A DNA stretch of 63,132 nucleotides from Bacilli bacterium (GTDB taxonomy: Bacteria > Bacillota_I > Bacilli_A > RF39 > UBA660), in the NCBI GenBank assembly GCA_022795155.1, contig JAAWGF010000005.1:1-63132 (forward strand). The letters are read 5' to 3'. Shown piece after piece: positions 18,107 through 26,736 of this stretch (the stretch's first letter is position 1; each line of letters starts with the position of its first letter). A program made the position numbers and the translations under genes. The notes beneath the pieces were generated by a model that did not search any database, was not told where the DNA came from, and saw only the letters and a list, made by a program, of their open reading frames with translations.

Positions 18107-18230
18107 GTCAATTTAGCAAACGTATAAAAGCGTAGCGATTATGCCGTTTGCGTTATTGACGACACTTATTAAGTATAATGGTTTTAACCGAAAGGGCTTT
18201 AGTCCTTTTGGCTTAGTAGCCTAAATACTT
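18107..18230 (+). other. Two intergenic hairpins upstream of pI; first has a TAGCGA loop
   Basis: GTCAAT..GCAAACG..AAGCGTAGCGA..CGTTTGC..ATTGAC (18107-18160); CCGAAAGGGC-TTTA-GTCCTTTTGG (18188-18211). Confidence 0.6.
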
Positions 18231-18248
18231 TAAACATGGAGGTTTTGT

Positions 18249-18896
18249 ATGATTATATTAGTTTATTTAGTACTAGGGGTTTTTGTTATTGCTAAAATAA
18301 TTGAAATATTTACTACTAAAAAGAATAATTTGTTTGATATTTACATTGGTGTTCCAGGTAGTGGTAAAACTACTTTTGCCGCATGGCTTACTAAACGCGA
18401 TTTAAAGAAAAAAAGGGATGTTTATTGTAATGTTCCAATTAAAGATACTTATAAAATAAATAGGAGCGATATAGGTCATTATTTATTAGAACATGGTTCA
18501 TTAATTATTGATGAAGCCGGGATTGATTATAATAATCGTAGTTCAATTAATAAAAAATCAAGTAAGTATATGACTGAGGAAGAAATAAAATTTTATAAAT
18601 ATCACAGACACTTTGACATGGATGTTCATTTTTTTTCTCAAGCTTTAGACGTTGATGTTACTTTAAGACGTCTTGCTAGTGAAATATATTTGGTTAAAAG
18701 ATCTATGCTACCATTTTGTATTAAACGTAAAAGGATTTTATATAGAATAGGGATTGACAAAGAAACTAGACAATTAAGGGATGAGTATTATTTTCAATTG
18801 TTTGGTTCTAGACATATATTTAGTCCTAAGTTGTGGAAAATGTTTAATTCTCATACAACTTATGAATTACCTATAAAAGAATTTGAAAAGTATTAA
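18249..18896 (+). CDS. Zot/pI-like morphogenesis ATPase with N-terminal TM anchor
   Basis: Walker A GVPGSGKT, Walker B LIIDEAG, HRH, SQ...D..LRRL motifs; N-terminal hydrophobic helix. Confidence 0.9.
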   Translation: MIILVYLVLGVFVIAKIIEIFTTKKNNLFDIYIGVPGSGKTTFAAWLTKRDLKKKRDVYCNVPIKDTYKINRSDIGHYLLEHGSLIIDEAGIDYNNRSSINKKSSKYMTEEEIKFYKYHRHFDMDVHFFSQALDVDVTLRRLASEIYLVKRSMLPFCIKRKRILYRIGIDKETRQLRDEYYFQLFGSRHIFSPKLWKMFNSHTTYELPIKEFEKY

Positions 18897-18922
18897 TCGT
18901 ATATTAATAATTTAAATTAGTT

Positions 18923-18960
18923 GTTGTGTTTGCGTGTTGCATTGGCACACGCAACACAAC
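18923..18960 (+). other. GC-rich hairpin between pI and rep (terminator or origin element)
   Basis: GTTGTGTTTGCGTGTTGC-ATTG-GCACACGCAACACAAC. Confidence 0.65.
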
Positions 18961-18979
18961 TATTTAAGGAGTTGATAAT

Positions 18980-20152
18980 TTGTTCACTCGCTCTAGTAAA
19001 CCAGTTATCACACGAGAACAAATTGAAAAAGCTGAAATAATGGAAAATCAGTTTTGGCGAGAACATTTTGAGAATGCCGCAAAATTGAGTTCTCTATTAC
19101 TTGATAGTAGTCTCATATCTCCGTCACTTTTTGAAAAGTACGATATGAAAATAGTTAAGTGTGGTAATTATATACAAGTTTACAAATACCAAGAAATAAG
19201 AGAAAAAAAGAAAAAAGGTGTTGAAAAAGAAAAAGAGAAGAGTAGAGTAGTGCAAGATATTTTAAGATTAGATATTGATAATTTAAAAAAAATAGAAAAG
19301 GAAGAAAAAAAAGAAAATAAAAAAATAGAATTAAAAAAAATAGAAGAAAAAAACATTTATAGAAGTAGATTTCAGTTACAGAGAATAGTTAAATCTAATG
19401 AGGATATATTTAAAACGTTTATAACATTAACATTTGCTAATTTTGAAAAAATAAAAATAGACAAAAAAGATTTATTTTATTGGTTATGTCCTAATGTAGG
19501 AATTAATTTTAATTTTATTATATGTAAAGTTAATAATTATGTGTCTATATTTGATAAAGTTGATTTTAATAAAAAAATAGAAAATTATACATCTATAAAA
19601 AAATCTAATGAAAAATTTGATAATTGGCGAAGTAATTTAAAAAAAAGGTTAAAAAATGATTTTAAATATGTATGTGTCCCAGAGTTCCAAAAAAATGGTA
19701 CAGTACATTATCATTTGTTAACCAATATAGATTATACCGATTTTGATTTATTAAGTAAAGATGAATTAAAAATATATAAGCCTAAAACTAGAAAATGGCA
19801 AATATTTAGAACTGTTAATTCTTGGAAATATGGCTATAGTAGCGCTATTGGTTTAAAAGATATAAATATTGTAGGTTATATATCAAAATATATGACTAAA
19901 GATATAGATAATAGATTATTTTCTAAACATCGTTATATGTGTAGTCGTGATTTATTGAAACCTAGTGTAATTTATATGAATTCTAATGACGTTAAAGACA
20001 ATTCTAGATTAAATAATATATTAAATTTTAAATATGATGAATGTTTTAAGCAAGTATATTCCGATTTAAATGGTTTAGTAATTGATTTTATAGAATATAA
20101 ACAATATGAAAATTTAGATATAAAGGAAGTGTTAGAAAATGGCTTTAATTAA
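18980..20152 (+). CDS. HUH-superfamily rolling-circle replication initiator
   Basis: Motif I FITLTFA, motif II EFQKNGTVHYHLL, motif III YISKYMTK; TTG start behind AAGGAG (alternative ATG 19145). Confidence 0.9.
   Translation: MFTRSSKPVITREQIEKAEIMENQFWREHFENAAKLSSLLLDSSLISPSLFEKYDMKIVKCGNYIQVYKYQEIREKKKKGVEKEKEKSRVVQDILRLDIDNLKKIEKEEKKENKKIELKKIEEKNIYRSRFQLQRIVKSNEDIFKTFITLTFANFEKIKIDKKDLFYWLCPNVGINFNFIICKVNNYVSIFDKVDFNKKIENYTSIKKSNEKFDNWRSNLKKRLKNDFKYVCVPEFQKNGTVHYHLLTNIDYTDFDLLSKDELKIYKPKTRKWQIFRTVNSWKYGYSSAIGLKDINIVGYISKYMTKDIDNRLFSKHRYMCSRDLLKPSVIYMNSNDVKDNSRLNNILNFKYDECFKQVYSDLNGLVIDFIEYKQYENLDIKEVLENGFN
19094..19110 (+). other. Putative double-strand origin (nick site)
   Basis: CTATTA-CTTGA-TAGTAG mini-hairpin containing CTTGATA, the phiX174/pC194-type nick consensus. 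Confidence 0.6.
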
Positions 20153-20315
20153 ACGTAGTAATAAAAAAACAAATTTTGCATTGCCCGTTACAATAAGAAA
20201 AAATAATTTTAAAACTTTATGGTATTATGATAATGAATATAGTCTATTTAGCGCATACAGACAATTACTTAAAATTAATATAGGTATTATTCCGAGTTAT
20301 CCAGTAATATACTAA
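20139..20315 (+). CDS. 58-aa basic hypothetical phage protein
   Basis: MALIKRSNKKTNFALPVTIRKNNFKTLWYYDNEYSLFSAYRQLLKINIGIIPSYPVIY*; overlaps rep stop. Confidence 0.55.
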   Translation: MALIKRSNKKTNFALPVTIRKNNFKTLWYYDNEYSLFSAYRQLLKINIGIIPSYPVIY

Positions 20316-20455
20316 TGCGAGAATATCAGTTAGACATATTTGGTAATTGGATACCAGTAGACTTTATTCGTAAATGTGAAAGATTAGATAAAAACTATAA
20401 AGTTAAATTTCAAAATCAAATGAAAAAATATTATAAAAAAAAGACTAGTAAATAA
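20315..20455 (+). CDS. 46-aa phage protein with QLDIF clamp-binding-like motif
   Basis: MREYQLDIFGNWIPVDFIRKCERLDKNYKVKFQNQMKKYYKKKTSK*; TAATG coupling; followed by ACTAGT-N5-ACTAGT-T run. Confidence 0.55.
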   Translation: MREYQLDIFGNWIPVDFIRKCERLDKNYKVKFQNQMKKYYKKKTSK

Positions 20456-20483
20456 CTAGTTTTTAATTGTTCAAATATTATCA

Positions 20484-20511
20484 AGTTAACATAATATAAA
20501 TTATACGAACT
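20484..20511 (-). other. Intact chromosomal dif site (right att junction)
   Basis: Minus strand AGTTCGTATAA-TTTATA-TTATGTTAACT: 11-6-11 layout, close to E. coli/Bacillus dif; gene-strand bias flips here. Confidence 0.9.
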
Positions 20512-20580
20512 AAAATATATAATATATTTATTAGATAATCACTTAATAATTTATTTTTATTGATAAAATTATTGGAAATT

Positions 20581-20612
20581 TAAATAATTAAATAATTAAA
20601 TAATTAAATAAT
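20581..20612. repeat. Tandem repeat (TAAATAAT)x4
   Basis: Directly visible in the AT-rich region right of dif. Confidence 0.8.
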
Positions 20613-20773
20613 AGATTTATTATAAATCAAAATTATTATATAGTTCTATATTGCACAATTTAATTTTAACTATCTACACAACTATATATATCAAATTTTA
20701 ATTATTGTTGTATATATTATATAAATTAAATTAATTTAAAATAGGGTATATTACTCTATTCTTATCCCCTATT

Positions 20774-21550
20774 TTAATTTACTTTTCTAGATTGTATTTC
20801 AGCGATTTTTTCAAATACTTCAGCAGCATTTTGACTATTTATTTCATTATAACCTAATTCCCTTAGGGCTTGAACTTTAATTGTATTTAATTCGAGTGTA
20901 CGACTCATTTTTTCTTCCATTTTGTGTTCAATTTGGTTTACAAAACGTTTATGTGATTCTGCTAATTTGGTTTTAGAAGCTCCACCATTATTGTAAAGCG
21001 ACATAGCTGAGAACATAATACTTTCAAAAATAAATTGTTCATCTTCATTAAATACAAATTCATCTGGTTTTATAGCTCCTGTAGCTTTAGCCATATATGC
21101 AAGTATGTATTTTAATTCCTTTGATGTTTCCATTGTTTGTAAATAATAATACAGATATTTGTATGCGTTATAAGCTTCAGTATCGCTATCATCATCTAAA
21201 TTTTCTTTTAATAATTCAACTATATTATGTAATAGTTCTTTTTGTTTTTTGCCAATTCCATTATAAAGACTATTATCAACAAATTCCGTTTTTTGAGAAT
21301 TATCAAATAAACTATTTAAACGTGTTTCTACGCTTAAAATATAATCAGTGTCTACTTTTATATTATCAACATCTTCTGCTGATTTTACTCCTAATAAATT
21401 TAATAATAAAACTTTTTTATCTTTAGGCCATTTATTGATATCATCTAATTCTAAATAATTATATATCATTTGGCGTGATACGCCTAACACTTTAGCTAAT
21501 TTAACTTTCGATATTCCAAGTTCATGTAATATATCATTTAATCTACTCAT
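20774..21550 (-). CDS. HTH (XRE-like) domain protein
   Basis: N-terminal LGISKVKLAKVLGVSRQMIYNY; helical C-terminal region; GGAGG RBS. Confidence 0.75.
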   Translation of the reverse strand: MSRLNDILHELGISKVKLAKVLGVSRQMIYNYLELDDINKWPKDKKVLLLNLLGVKSAEDVDNIKVDTDYILSVETRLNSLFDNSQKTEFVDNSLYNGIGKKQKELLHNIVELLKENLDDDSDTEAYNAYKYLYYYLQTMETSKELKYILAYMAKATGAIKPDEFVFNEDEQFIFESIMFSAMSLYNNGGASKTKLAESHKRFVNQIEHKMEEKMSRTLELNTIKVQALRELGYNEINSQNAAEVFEKIAEIQSRKVN

Positions 21551-21628
21551 TTCATAACCCTCCTATTATCATTTTACCATTTATATGTCAATTGTCAAGT
21601 GTAAAGTATTAGTATAGTTATGATTTGA

Positions 21629-22732
21629 TTATAAATACCAAAGCTTTTTACCATTTTTTCGAACCTCTTTTATAATTCCCCCACCCAAACACTCTTCTCC
21701 ATCATAAAAGACACAAGCTTGACCTGGGGTCACTGATTTTACTCCTTGCGGATACTTTACAATAATTTCATTTTCCAGATATTCCAAATTTACTTTATTA
21801 TCAATTTGGCGATAGCGAAATTTGGCTGTACATTGGTTTGGTTTATAATCACTTATCCAATTTATTTGTTCAATAACAGCTTCCGTACTAATTAAATAAT
21901 CATTTTTTTCATTTAGGGCTACATATAGAATATTGTCATTAATGTTTTTTCCTACAACAAATAATTTATCACTATTTCCTCCTAAATTTAGACCTTTTCT
22001 TTGACCAATTGTATAATACATTAAACCAATATGGTTACCGATTATTTCATTAGTATCAATATTTACAATTTTTCCTGGTATATTTGGTAAATAGTTTTTT
22101 AGAAAATTTTTAAAATTTCTTTCTCCAATAAAACAAATACCAGTTGAATCTTTTTTTTGCGCTGTTATTAATCCATTTTCTTCAGCTATTTTTCTAACGT
22201 CTGGTTTTTGCATATCACCTATAGGAAATAGAACAATTTCGAGCTGTTTATTTGATATTTGTGATAAAAAGTATGATTGATCTTTATTATTATCTAAACC
22301 ACGATATAGTTTACCGTTTTTTACTCTAGCATAATGACCAGTTGCAATATAGTCAGCTCCTAATTTCTTTGCTTCTTTAACAAAGGCATCAAATTTAATA
22401 TATTTATTACACATGATATCAGGATTAGGTGTGCGCCCTTTTTTTAATTCATCTAAAAAATAAGTAAAGACATAGTCCCAATATTCTTTAACAAAATCAA
22501 TTCTATGCAATGGAATATTTAATTTTTTACATACTTCTAAAGCATCATTATAGTCCTGTTCTTGCGGACATATGTTGCTATTTAGAGTAGGATTACCTAA
22601 AATATCATTATTAACCATACTATCCCAATTACGCATAAATAAACCAATAACATTATAACCTTGTTCAAGCAATTTGATAGCAGCTACACTACTATCTACT
22701 CCCCCACTCATTCCAACAACAACTGTTTTCAT
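21629..22732 (-). CDS. mnmA: tRNA 2-thiouridine(34) synthase
   Basis: SGGVDSSVAA, TPNPDIMCN, ATGHYAR, KDQSYFL, GICFIGER, TPGQ. Confidence 0.96.
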   Translation of the reverse strand: MKTVVVGMSGGVDSSVAAIKLLEQGYNVIGLFMRNWDSMVNNDILGNPTLNSNICPQEQDYNDALEVCKKLNIPLHRIDFVKEYWDYVFTYFLDELKKGRTPNPDIMCNKYIKFDAFVKEAKKLGADYIATGHYARVKNGKLYRGLDNNKDQSYFLSQISNKQLEIVLFPIGDMQKPDVRKIAEENGLITAQKKDSTGICFIGERNFKNFLKNYLPNIPGKIVNIDTNEIIGNHIGLMYYTIGQRKGLNLGGNSDKLFVVGKNINDNILYVALNEKNDYLISTEAVIEQINWISDYKPNQCTAKFRYRQIDNKVNLEYLENEIIVKYPQGVKSVTPGQACVFYDGEECLGGGIIKEVRKNGKKLWYL

Positions 22733-22805
22733 AATATCATTCCTAACTGAATTTATTATATCACATTTGTTAAATCCAAACAAAAAAATCGTTTATTTAA
22801 AACGA

Positions 22806-23534
22806 TTAATGAAAGACTAAATCCCATTCTGGTGTTGTATAGTTAAATTTTTCTATTTTTTTGGTTTTAACTGTTCCTTCTGGAGTATAAAATTCTGAAG
22901 TTTCATAATTTTCAAATTTCCCTTCTTCATCTATTAATCTAATGTTTTCCAAATATGGTGACTGTCTATTTTTCATTAAATTTCTTAAATCAGTAGTAGT
23001 TATAACTATTCCATTAAAAGTTGGCGAAAATGTGTCTGCATTATCGAATGGTCCTAGTACCCATGTATCAGCAAAATCTATATTATGTCCGAAATAGTCT
23101 AGTTGGATGGTTTTAAAATCTATTTTCGCACCTTCACTACCTTTAAATGATGATTGATTGACCCAACAACCATCAAATGGTCCTATAAATCTTACATTTT
23201 TAAAATTTCGATAAATCATATCTAACCTTTTATCTCGCAATTTTTGAGGATTAATTTTTACGCCCTTACTATTAGAAAAATCATTAATATCGCTCATATC
23301 AATATAATCTAAACAGGCATCAGTTAAATCAACTGCATTTACTATTGCTTGCCCTCGATAATCAATTGGACAATCATAATAAAATACTTTATATTGTTCA
23401 TTAAAATGAGCTTTATCAAAAAGAACTTGATTGATAATTTCTGTAGGTATGATAATTTTTTCTTTACCTTGATAATTTTTTATATTTTTACTAAGTTCTG
23501 CTCTATATTTTATTAATTCTTCTTTACTTAACAT
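22806..23534 (-). CDS. Hypothetical protein with pentapeptide-like repeats
   Basis: Repeated units DFSNSKGVKINPQ / SFKGSEGAKIDFK and GPFD. Confidence 0.6.
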   Translation of the reverse strand: MLSKEELIKYRAELSKNIKNYQGKEKIIIPTEIINQVLFDKAHFNEQYKVFYYDCPIDYRGQAIVNAVDLTDACLDYIDMSDINDFSNSKGVKINPQKLRDKRLDMIYRNFKNVRFIGPFDGCWVNQSSFKGSEGAKIDFKTIQLDYFGHNIDFADTWVLGPFDNADTFSPTFNGIVITTTDLRNLMKNRQSPYLENIRLIDEEGKFENYETSEFYTPEGTVKTKKIEKFNYTTPEWDLVFH

Positions 23535-23763
23535 ATTTTTCTCCTTTTTCTTTTGATAAAATATATGCTAACATTAATTTGCGTATTTGTCAACGTTTTT
23601 GATTATTTGCTATTATTTTAATAATGATAGCCAACTTACTATTATTCATCAATTCATTTTTACAATAATTATTTTTACGCTATCATTAATAACTAAAATA
23701 ATTATATTACTTTTAATAAATTTGTAAAATAACATTAAAAAAGTAGAATTTATATTCTACTAA

Positions 23764-24288
23764 TTATCTTTGTTTAATTTTTGAATAATCATATTTTTCT
23801 TTAAAATGTTCTTCAACAGTAGAGTCAAAGTATACGTCTTCATAACTGGATATAAATACTTCTGTGTTTATAGAATATGTATTATCTAATTCATTATATA
23901 ATGGAGTATCTCTTACTTCATATATAGGCTTATATGCATGTGTTAATTTATCATAATTTGGTGTACCTATAAAATCATATATTTCTTCATATATATTTTT
24001 ATCGACTATCATTTGTTTTTGAGGCGGTAAAATTTGGTTAGAACAATTAGCATAGGCAACAGAATTAGCATCTCTATTATAGTAAATATCAATATCATCA
24101 TCTTTTACTATGTTTCTTTTATGCATTTCATTTAAATTATCAGCTATTATTGTTGCTATTGTATCTTCGGTTGTTGGCGCTTTAGCATCTAACATAGTTG
24201 CATTTAAAGTAATTCCTCCTGCTATAAGTAATGAAATAACTTTTTTTAGATTAATATTTAATTTCATCAAAAATCCCTCTTTTTCCAT
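23764..24288 (-). CDS. Hypothetical exported protein
   Basis: KKVISLLIAGGITL signal-like N-terminus. Confidence 0.6.
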   Translation of the reverse strand: MEKEGFLMKLNINLKKVISLLIAGGITLNATMLDAKAPTTEDTIATIIADNLNEMHKRNIVKDDDIDIYYNRDANSVAYANCSNQILPPQKQMIVDKNIYEEIYDFIGTPNYDKLTHAYKPIYEVRDTPLYNELDNTYSINTEVFISSYEDVYFDSTVEEHFKEKYDYSKIKQR

Positions 24289-24339
24289 TTAACAAAACAT
24301 ATATTAACATCGGTTTATGCCTTTGTCAATATTTTTGTA

Positions 24340-24969
24340 TTATTTTAAAATTGATATAGCCATTTTCATTAAATTTGGGGTTATAAATACTTCGATAGTT
24401 GATGTTATAACAATTATTATAATGGAAATTAATAATATTTTTAAATATTTATTCATTATGAATTTAAAATCTAGAGTTTGTTTTTTTACAATTGTTTGAA
24501 ATATTTTTAGGGATAGTGATAGTGAATACATAGTTAAAATTATATATACAAAAACATTTATAATCATATGGGGAAATATATAAGAAAGTGCTAATAAACA
24601 ACCTTTTAGTTTATAGTTAGCAATTATACTAGAAATGGAAAATCCTAATACAAATGTTTTGGTAAAAAAAATAAATATGGTTATTGGAAGACCAATAACA
24701 GAAATACCAAGTAACCAAATAAAAGTTATATATCCTAAATTAGAAATTAATGAATTTAAGAAACTTCCTTTATAATCTAGATTATTATTTTGAATGTTGT
24801 AAATAAAATCATTTAAAAAATTACCAACTAATTTACTATCTTCAGGATTAAGAGCAATATTTAAAATAGTCCCAATAATTATTCCAATTATTCCAATTAT
24901 ACTTAAAAAAATCAGCATATTTTTGTTAGTGCCAATATTATTTTTAATCTTGTCCAATATTTTTTTCAT
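24340..24969 (-). CDS. spoIIM: Stage II sporulation protein M
   Basis: IWLLGISVIGLP, KTFVLGFS, FPH, IE.FITP. Confidence 0.85.
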   Translation of the reverse strand: MKKILDKIKNNIGTNKNMLIFLSIIGIIGIIIGTILNIALNPEDSKLVGNFLNDFIYNIQNNNLDYKGSFLNSLISNLGYITFIWLLGISVIGLPITIFIFFTKTFVLGFSISSIIANYKLKGCLLALSYIFPHMIINVFVYIILTMYSLSLSLKIFQTIVKKQTLDFKFIMNKYLKILLISIIIIVITSTIEVFITPNLMKMAISILK

Positions 24970-25056
24970 ATTCTCACCTATAAAATAATATTAAAAAATA
25001 TTATAAATATTCCAAAAAAATATATTTTATAGTATAATTTTATGTGAGGTGTTATC

Positions 25057-25143
25057 ATGAATGAAAAATTAAAAAAAGTTATGGTAATTTTTATGCTGAT
25101 AGCTGTTGTGGCTATGTTTGTATCATCACTTATATTTATATAA
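25057..25143 (+). CDS. 28-aa membrane microprotein (DUF4044/Prli42-like)
   Basis: MNEKLKKVMVIFMLIAVVAMFVSSLIFI*; GAGGTG RBS; TATAAT upstream. Confidence 0.6.
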   Translation: MNEKLKKVMVIFMLIAVVAMFVSSLIFI

Positions 25144-25167
25144 TAAAAAAACATGAAATCATGTTTT

Positions 25168-25569
25168 TTATTTTAGTTTGGAATTAATAAGTTTTCTAAT
25201 TGTTTCAATTTCTTCATATTTATCGTCTAAATTGTTTTTAAAATTTTTAGATAATTTATAAATAGTTATAATAGAAGCAAAAAATATTGTAAAAGATATA
25301 ATTACTCCTAAAGTATAAAATTCTTGGATTATTAAAAACAAACCAAATGCTAATATAATAGAAAAGATAATAGTTAATAATATTATTTGTAGTTTATTTT
25401 TATGTTCTTGTTCTAATTCTGTAATACGGGATTTTAAATAATCCAATTGTTCCTCTTTTGATAAAGCCATTTTATCCATATTAGATATAACATTATTATA
25501 GATGATTTGACTTTTGGTTTCATCTTTACTATTGATGCTTATATTTATACTTCCCTTTTCTTTTTTCAT
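25168..25569 (-). CDS. Hypothetical 2-TM membrane protein
   Basis: Coiled-coil then two TM segments; GAGGG RBS before ATG 25569. Confidence 0.65.
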   Translation of the reverse strand: MKKEKGSINISINSKDETKSQIIYNNVISNMDKMALSKEEQLDYLKSRITELEQEHKNKLQIILLTIIFSIILAFGLFLIIQEFYTLGVIISFTIFFASIITIYKLSKNFKNNLDDKYEEIETIRKLINSKLK

Positions 25570-25657
25570 ATAATCCCTCTTTCTTGAGATAATATTATAT
25601 ATATTTAATGACAAAATGTCAAACATTAAAAAACACATTTATTTATAATATGTCTTT

Positions 25658-26353
25658 TTAGTCGTTATATTTCTTCCGACCTTTAAAAAATATTTTATAA
25701 ATCTTAACAGAATCTTCAAATGGTTTGAAACGTGAACTTTTATTTTTATTTATGTAAATGGTATCAATTGTTATTTCAATAATATTAATTTTCTTTTTAA
25801 TACAATAAATTAAAACATTAGTCTCAAAATCGAATTTATTTCCGTCTAAATAGCAAAGTTTTTCGATTAATTGATTAGGGTAAAATCGCAAGCCTGTTTG
25901 TGTATCATTAATTTTCTTTTTATAGATTAATTGAAACATAAAAGATGTTATTTTATTACCCATTTTGCTTTTAAAAGGAACAATTTTTAAGTTAAAATTA
26001 CGACTACCTAAGATTAAGCTTTCGCTATCTATAGATTTAATTAATTTTAAAGCATCTTTAATACTATGTTGTTTATCATCGTCTAACGTGATAATGCCTT
26101 TATATTTATCTTTTAAATTTCTAGTATAATATCTAAATCCCGTTTTTATAGCTGCTCCTTTACCTAGATTAATTTGATGGGTTAAGATGATGCAATAATT
26201 TAATTTTTTTATTTCGTTAAATATTTGTTTATCTTTGGAACCATCATCAATAATAAGAATTTTTTTAAAACCATTTTTGTATAAATTTTCAACATATTCT
26301 ATTAAGATATTAGTTGGATTAAATGATGGAATAAGTATAATAATATTTTTCGT
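25658..26353 (-). pseudogene. GT2 (DPM1/GtrB-like) glycosyltransferase with ACG at the start position
   Basis: Open frame of 231 codons (IILIPSFNP, IIDDGS, NLGKGAAIK, DTQTGLR) starting ACG after AGAGGT; TLDDDKQH replaces the usual DADGQH. Confidence 0.7.
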
Positions 26354-26483
26354 ATAAATACCTCTTTCTAGAAATAATATTTAATTATTAAAAATAAATA
26401 TTTTAAGTTTGGAAAGGATTGACAGCTATATTAAGTTCTGTTATTATAACGTTAAGAATTTTTAGAGGAGGAAAAAGGTAATA

Positions 26484-26723
26484 ATGACAGGTCAACAATT
26501 TTATGAATATTATTGTCAAAAAATAAATAATGCCAAAACTTCATGAGAATTAAGAGATATTCAAAACGAAATATTTGAATTTTCTATGAAATCTTGTGCA
26601 AATGGCACTTTTAAAGAGTATCGTTCTTATGTAGAGCAACTTTATATCGTGCCAAACATCGAAGATAATTATTATGAATTAAGACAACGTTATTATTTAA
26701 TTGTTGTTTTTTATTTAAATTAG
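26484..26723 (+). pseudogene. Small ORF interrupted by in-frame TGA
   Basis: TTGACA-17-TATTAT promoter and GGAGG RBS; TGA at codon 21 (26544); frame stays open to TAG 26723. Confidence 0.5.
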
Positions 26724-26736
26724 TGATTAATATTAA

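Larger units (their letters stand above)
11479..20511 (+). mobile_element. Filamentous (inovirus-like) prophage integrated at dif; 9,005-bp unit, no integrase
   Basis: 17-bp direct repeats AGTTAACATAATATAAA at both ends; pI/Zot ATPase, HUH Rep, coat-like, pIII-like, SSB-like and repressor genes; many small TM ORFs. Confidence 0.92.

Noticed and set aside
18249..18896. Zot as an enterotoxin
   Set aside because: Only the ATPase domain is present, with no C-terminal toxin extension; better read as the phage assembly motor.
20581..20612. (TAAATAAT)x4 as CRISPR or iteron
   Set aside because: No spacers and no cas genes; simple low-complexity repeat.
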